This document shows positions 63,090-64,000 of a stretch of DNA of 64,000 nucleotides, one piece after another. This DNA comes from Vermamoeba vermiformis (Eukaryota). The first letter of the stretch is position 1. Each line of letters starts with the position of its first letter. A program made the translations under genes and the position numbers. The stretch lies in NCBI GenBank assembly GCA_045837725.1, contig JBEWZL010000239.1, forward strand, positions 558,001 through 622,000, given 5' to 3'. The notes below the pieces were generated by a model. The model had not been told where the DNA came from. It saw nothing but the letters and a program-made list of their open reading frames with translations, and searched no databases.

Positions 63090-63287
63090 GATGTGAGTAG
63101 CGATACTACTGCTACTGAGGGTATGTACTTGGTGCTCGGTGACCACTCGTGTCTCGTGTGTTTGTATCGATCAAAATAAAGCGAGTTTACAACGTCAGCA
63201 TTTATTTTTGTATACAACCGACCACGTGACTGCAGTCATTGATCACGTGACTGATATACCAGTTCCCACAACAGAAATCACGTGCCT

Positions 63288-64000
63288 CTACACGCCCAGT
63301 GCCTCCACGACCCCCTCGCCCGTGGTGCTGTCGTACAAGAAAGTGTTGCGCAGTGGCTCGTCGACACGTGTCAGCAGTTTGATGGCCTCCTGTGCCACCA
63401 CGCCACCAATCACCGCGCACACCGGAGACAGCTCCGCGCGGGCATTGACTGCCACATTTCTGCAAAGATTAGTCGTACAGTTCACTGAAAAAACACGTGA
63501 CTCACTTGAGATAACTGTCGCTGACCAGGGCTGTGTCAGCACCGCGTGACGTCAGCAAGCTATTTTTAGTCTCCACCAGGGCCTGCATCTCGTCCTCACT
63601 CCGCGGCAGTGGATGCGCATCCAAGTAGTGCAGCAGCGCTGTTGACAGGTGTCAATCAGTGACTCAGAGCGAGTGCACGACACGTACCTTGTGTGGCTAT
63701 AAATAGCTTGTGTGTCTGACGGTCCACTTTGCACTGCGACACGTGCTCGTAGCTCGGGAACACGATCTCGCGCTGCTCTTCAATTTCCTTATCGGGCAAT
63801 TTCCTAATTAGGGGCAAGTGAGTCACGTGTCCCACAACAGCCGTGGTGGCGTACCGTTTGTACTGGTGCGTGAGTAGATCTGAGAATGCATAGCCGTATC
63901 GACCCAACACTTGCGCGACAATGAGCGGTACTTGCGCTGCGCGCGTGCGTGCATTCAACGCTTGGATGTGCGCGTGGCTGAGTCCGATCGCGATGATGAG
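63288..64000 (-). CDS. SAE1: SUMO-activating enzyme subunit 1 (Aos1/SAE1, ThiF family), 3' part
   Basis: GRYGYAFSDL..HQY and AELSPVCAVIGGVVAQEAIKLL...PLRNTFLYD...GEGVVE. Confidence 0.8.

Overview
This is an intron-rich, very gene-dense eukaryotic region, probably from a unicellular protist (species not determinable). It has short GT-AG introns of about 45-100 bp, and intergenic gaps are often under 150 bp. Bases 1-50.7 kb and 61.7-64 kb hold about 22 mostly housekeeping genes: WDR13-like, formiminoglutamase, NCS EF-hand, PA-7TM receptor-like, ChaC, PH-AGC kinase, TFIIIC-63, enoyl-CoA hydratase, Dbf4, GBF1, SLU7, NAMPT, F-box, HMG-box, SRRM1, ARMC1, an ARM protein, SBDS, a BEACH protein, COG5, eL42, an LRR protein, a metallophosphoesterase and SAE1. 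The notable part is an accessory block of about 10.8 kb (50.8-61.6 kb) made of nested DNA transposons whose ends can be read from the sequence. The inner element is 6,068 bp (54763-60830) with 45-bp TIRs and an AACC target-site duplication (TSD). It encodes a fusion of a USP-like cysteine protease, a Sola-type DDD transposase and a chromodomain. It also carries a divergent accessory gene with a BAH/SH3-like barrel, and a 142-bp-period repeat lies between the two genes. It sits inside a tRNA-like A-box/B-box unit of a PIF/Harbinger-type element (52178-60908; 26-bp TIRs, GAT TSD). That element in turn lies among MITE-like palindromic repeats, one of which carries three tRNA T-arm/B-box cassettes. 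Gene models were assembled by eye, so exon boundaries and family names need HMM/BLAST confirmation.
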